A DNA stretch of 64,000 nt from Setoptus koraiensis (Eukaryota > Animalia > Arthropoda), in contig CM106585.1 in assembly GCA_048013815.1 (NCBI GenBank), positions 7,688,001 to 7,752,000 on the forward strand, read 5' to 3'. Positions within the stretch are counted from its first letter, which is position 1. Every line of letters starts with the position of its first letter. The position numbers and the translations under genes are program-made. This document shows, piece by piece, positions 59,192-64,000 of the stretch. The notes below the pieces were generated by a model. It was not told the DNA's origin. It saw only the letters and a program-made list of their open reading frames with translations, and ran no database searches.

Positions 59192-62100
59192 GATGTATCT
59201 GGATATTGGTTGGCAGAAGCAGCAGCAGCAGCATGTCGTGTGTCGCACCTATGTATCACATGAACAGAGTCGTCTGGAGCCAACTTAAATGAACCGTTTT
59301 CGGGGACACACGCACGCTGACCGGACAGCTCGGAACAATAATGGTCAAGCTGGCCAATATCAAAAGGGCGTTAGTACCATTAGTGGCGCGCCAGCGACAT
59401 TACACAATGTCCGCGTTAAATTTTCGATGCAAAAGCGATGCAATCTTTGAATTTTGAATTCGCAAATACGCCACACAAACAAACACAACAAACTGGTGAC
59501 ATTAAGTAAAGTATAGACACATATACACAAATACACGAGCAAGCGTTCGAATCGATCGCAAAGGATCTTTGCATTGCGTCATTGACAAACAAACGCGCAT
59601 GTGCCTCTGCGTCTGGCAATTTATGCCGTATCCTGCTTGCCAATAGCCGGGCCCGGCCCCGGCCCGGCAATCTAAGGCCCATTTGGCCGGCAGAGCAGCA
59701 CACACAGGAGTAGTGTCAACACTATATTTGATTTGAATATCTAGTGAGGCGCAACGACTCGTTCCAACTCGTGGCCGACTGGCCCAACTGTGCCCGATAT
59801 ATATATGTGTATATATATTTGCGCATATATAATATATATATTATACATACACACAGCGGGCCAGAGAGTGGCGGCTGAAAAGTTGCAGCAAGAAGTAGCA
59901 AAGGCAGCCATGTGTAATCACTGGCACCCGTTGCCAGCGGTGCGGCATAAAACTGGCTGACTTGGCGCCTATCAATTTGATTGGTGGCGCGCCTAGCGAT
60001 ATTTGCGCACTCGCTTGCAAGGCCGGCAAGTGCGCGAATATCGCTAGGCCAGGCGCCAGCCCATTGTGCCTGCTGGTGAAGACAATTTGCAATTTGCCAA
60101 ATTTGCAAACTGGCTCACTTATGCCACTTTCAGCTCATTGCCGCTGCTGGCACGCCAACGCTTCGCAACACTACCGGGCCGCTCTGGCCAAAATTCGCGC
60201 GCCCCTATGTGTGTAGCCGATTCGAAGCTTGCCGCTTCGAAGCCTGTGCACGGCTCAAAACTGACTTTGCGCCCACAAGTGGCGCCGCCACAATATATCG
60301 AGCCAGCAGCCCTAGGCCATGATTGGCCGCCCGCCATGATTTAGATGGTAATGAATAGAGGATAGAGCAATTGCGTCAGCTAACCTAAACCAATCAAAGT
60401 GGCAGTTTAAATTGTAGTTTTCGCGCCAGATAGTTTATGAATGAATGTTTACGGCATCACATTGTTGTAATAACAACATATAGCAACAACTCGTTGACAG
60501 TGTGTAAAGTGTTGCTTTTTTCCGAAGGCTCTCGACCCGCTTCCAGACGAATTCGCTAGGGCGGCGCTGTCGGCTTGCAATGTGAGCAGCGTGAGTGAGT
60601 AGCTGTGGAAAAGTTGCTGAAAATGGTCATTGCGCCCCCTTGCCCCCACCGATACGGGGCGGGTATTCGCGCATGGCCTCGTTATAGCACGCTGCTCATG
60701 CAAGTTGTGAATATGAATGAAAAAAAAAATGGAAAATGTTCAACGAAACAGTCTGCCTTCCGGTGTACATTTTTGGGCGATGCCAGCGCCCGAAGCGGAT
60801 CCTTTTCGAAGCAGGTCGAGAGCCATTGGAAAAAGGTCACTCTGTACACTTTGTTGCACGTGACACTTTGCTGCTGGTTAGTTGAGACTGTCGCATGATA
60901 CCAAGTGATTGTTGCTTTAATTGCGCGCTCAGTTCGTTCAGCCGCTAACTGCTCTTCGCTTATGCAAATGAACCAGTTGCGGTAGGCTCGTGCCATCAAC
61001 AGCGATGCTGCTTCGTATATTCTCATTGGCGCCCCTTGCAGCTTGTCGATACTGCACACGAGAGCCGCTTGATAAACTGAAAGATATAATATGAAGTGGC
61101 ACAGCTATTTTTATTTGACTGTGCCCCAATATTGGCCACAACGAGCTTCGCGTTGGGCCCGCTCGAAAAGCTGCCGGTGTCATGATTTGTTTGATCATGA
61201 GAGCATCATTAGATGATGATTATGACGAACCATCACAATGGCACACAATTGATGAGCTGTCGTGTGCCGCCGATGCGCACACTGACAAGGGCCAATCTGG
61301 GCCCTGGGTGATGTTGGCCGATTTGAATATCGGCCCCACTGTGATATATTGCCTTATGTTGGCCGATTGCTCGACCGTATGGGCAGCGCCGTTCGTGTGC
61401 CACTTTGGCGCCGGCCTCACAGCTCGACTCGAATGGCTCGAATGGCATTTGCATTTGGGGCCCATCAAGACAAGTGTGAGCTGGCCAGTTTGTGTGCTGT
61501 TGGCAGTGAGCGCAAAATCGCAACTGAAAGCACCAAAACAACGACAACAATTGCAACAAACAATCATTCATCATCGGCCGCAGCTTGCCGGCCAAAGATT
61601 ATCGCTGGCACTCGCCGGCTGGCTGTTAACGGCTCTATTGGCCGTGTGTCGAGGCTGTGAGTGTTTGCGCTGCTGATAATGGCCATCGCATGTTAATTAC
61701 ACGTGATTACACCAGCAACTACAAGCCTGGCGCTTGTAACGGCGCACATTGTGGCTACCGTTGCGCCGTATGCAAGCGTTATATTTCGTGATCATCATTG
61801 GGCCCCAATGAGGCAGCGTTTTATTTTATTTCATTTTATTTTTCGGCAGCCAGCCAGGCAGCCGGCAGCCACACGCACACTCGCTGCAATAGGGGCGAGA
61901 CTTGGACAGATTGCGGCGAGATGATTGGGTCACTAGTGCGTACATTCGGGCTCCCCAAGCGGGCGAGCAAGCGAGCGAGCAAGCGAGCGAGTGAATAAAA
62001 CGAGCTACCACCGAAAAGAATGGCTCGTCTAGACGCGCATGGTAACGGAACATTGTCGATGAAAAGTGAACACAATTTCTTTAAACTCACACACACACAC

Positions 62101-63635
62101 ACACGAAAAAGAGGCCATAGTTTTGCTGGCTGGCAACAGCAGAGCGAAATGGGGCCCGGCGAGCCGTCGGAATCGTAATACGAGTTGCCAGCAGCAACTA
62201 CCAGAGGGGCCCGTAATTTCTAGACAGAGCGTTATTTGCATGCATAATACCGGCGCCACTAGGTGCACATGCATGCATACACATTTATATATATATATAA
62301 ATGTATATATCAGAGGCAGCCAGCGAGCGGCGCCAACGGACCAACCAACGGCTACATAAACATGACAGGTGAATTAAGCGTGCGCGCGGGCGCGCGCAGT
62401 TATCGGCGGCCCCCATTAAACCTTGAACTGAATTTCGCCCACACGACACACACACACACACACCCGGGCACACGATGACGCAATAGGCGCACTCGCTCCG
62501 TTATGCAACGCCGATCGACCAAACCGTTTGGCTGGGGGCTGCAGGCTGGGCCAGGCAAAAGGGGCAACGGGGCAAAGGGGCGCAGAGTGGCGACCGGGCG
62601 ACAGGGGCAAGGGGGCCGTCGACAAATAACGATGTACGCTAATCGGGCCCATCAGCAATGACGCCAGTGTCAGCGGCATCACAGTGGCACAAGTGGCAGC
62701 GTATTAGCATAAAAAACTACCACTACTCGGCCCCAGTGACGTCGAAGGAGAGCGTCGAAATTAACGGGCGATCATCGACAATTTTGTGAGTTTCTTGCTG
62801 GTTGCGCCGTTCGCGCCGCTCTTGTCGCTGCGCTTGCCGGGGGCCCCCGCTCGCCGCTCGCAGCTCGCAGCCAACCAATTAGCGGTGCATGCCGGCGAGG
62901 CCCAATTGCGCGTAACAAGCGGGCATAGATCACGTCTTGTGTGCTATGAGAGCGCTGTGAGAGCGCCCGATTGACGCGAAAGACGCGCAACACGCGCAAC
63001 ACGCGCAACACGCGCAAGTGTGCATCAGATGTGGAGGCGCCCAGGCTATAAGTTATAAGCATAAGTGAGTCGATCACCTCTTGCCCGTTGGCTCGCCAAC
63101 CGGCCCGACGCACTGCACGGGCAATATATCAAGCGCCGGCCCGGCCACCTATATGGCGGCCCGTGACGATCGGGCGGCCGCGCCGGCCAGCCGGCTCGCA
63201 ACTTGTGCGCGCCACAAGCGTCAGGCCGGCAATTTCTCACATGGGCCCTAATCTCGCCTCTAATCTTGTGTGATCTTGTGATTTTGTGATGGCGCGATCT
63301 CGCGCGATCCTGTGATCGTTTGATCGTGTGATCGTGTGGTCTTGTCATCTCGCCATCTCGCCATCTCGGCGGCTCGGCGTCTCGCGATCTGGCCGGCCCG
63401 AGCCAGTGTGCAGCCGGGGCGTTTGCCCGAGATGCCAGCGATCGTGTCAATCAAACAGCACGGCACATGTGCACAAAGGGCCCCTCTTGACTTGTGGCGC
63501 GTCTGCGTTCAGCGGCGACACGATAAGAGTTGTTAAATAGTGCCAGACACAACAGCAATTTCTCTATATTTTATTTTATTTCTCTCTACGCACATACTCT
63601 GTATGCACTCCGTATACACTCTGCTGCATACACTC

Positions 63636-63700
63636 CGGCCCGGCGGTATATGAACGGCCCGGCGGTACATGAGCGGCCCGGCGGTACATGAGCGGCCGGG
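63636..63700. repeat. 19-bp tandem repeat (GGCCCGGCGGTACATGAGC-like), ~3 copies
   Basis: Direct observation. Confidence 0.8.
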
Positions 63701-64000
63701 CCGACTGTGCGTGTCGGCCTCCATCTCGTGCGCGTGTTGCGCTCGCTTTTATCTCTCGGTCGTTGCCTAATCTTCTGCGGGCCAACGGGGCCCCACTTCG
63801 GACACTTAGCGCCGCGTTGTAGCAGCGGCCAGCAAGTCATTGTGTGAATGGGCCCGCCAGTGAATGGGCAGCCCTTGTTTTGTTGGCACGCGCAGTTATA
63901 ACGCACAAACAAATAGACAGGCGCACCAGTTTCGGAACCCATTAAAGTCGATCGGCCACGAGAAATCTACGAGAATAAATTACTCTGTCTGGCCGCGAAC

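Noticed and set aside
10357-63700. Short tandem arrays considered as CRISPR-like
   Set aside because: Units are head-to-tail without unique spacers, there are no cas genes, and the context is eukaryotic.

Overview
Eukaryotic arthropod genomic DNA. My inference is a mite, possibly eriophyoid-like, from the intron-poor housekeeping genes, the gustatory receptor and the mostly ~90-130 bp introns; the taxon is not proven. There are no bacterial features, CRISPR arrays, rRNA or tRNA genes. The first ~34 kb is gene-dense: the 3' end of an unidentified gene, Polycomb (Pc/CBX), a Myb/SANT-like protein, an intact 485-aa ORF resembling a plant-rhabdovirus nucleoprotein, coracle/protein 4.1, an ENPP4/5-like ectoenzyme, tryptophan hydroxylase, amnionless, a long gustatory receptor and NEMF. 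From 34 to 64 kb lies a ~25 kb PDE1 gene whose large introns hold tandem repeats, a dense GGGCCC motif and two adjacent hAT-type non-autonomous transposons. The top candidate for new biology is the rhabdovirus-like N gene at 4634-6091. It is an uninterrupted endogenous viral element embedded among host genes, with host-type splice signals in its 5' flank, which suggests domestication. All family assignments come from motif recognition by eye; no database search was run.
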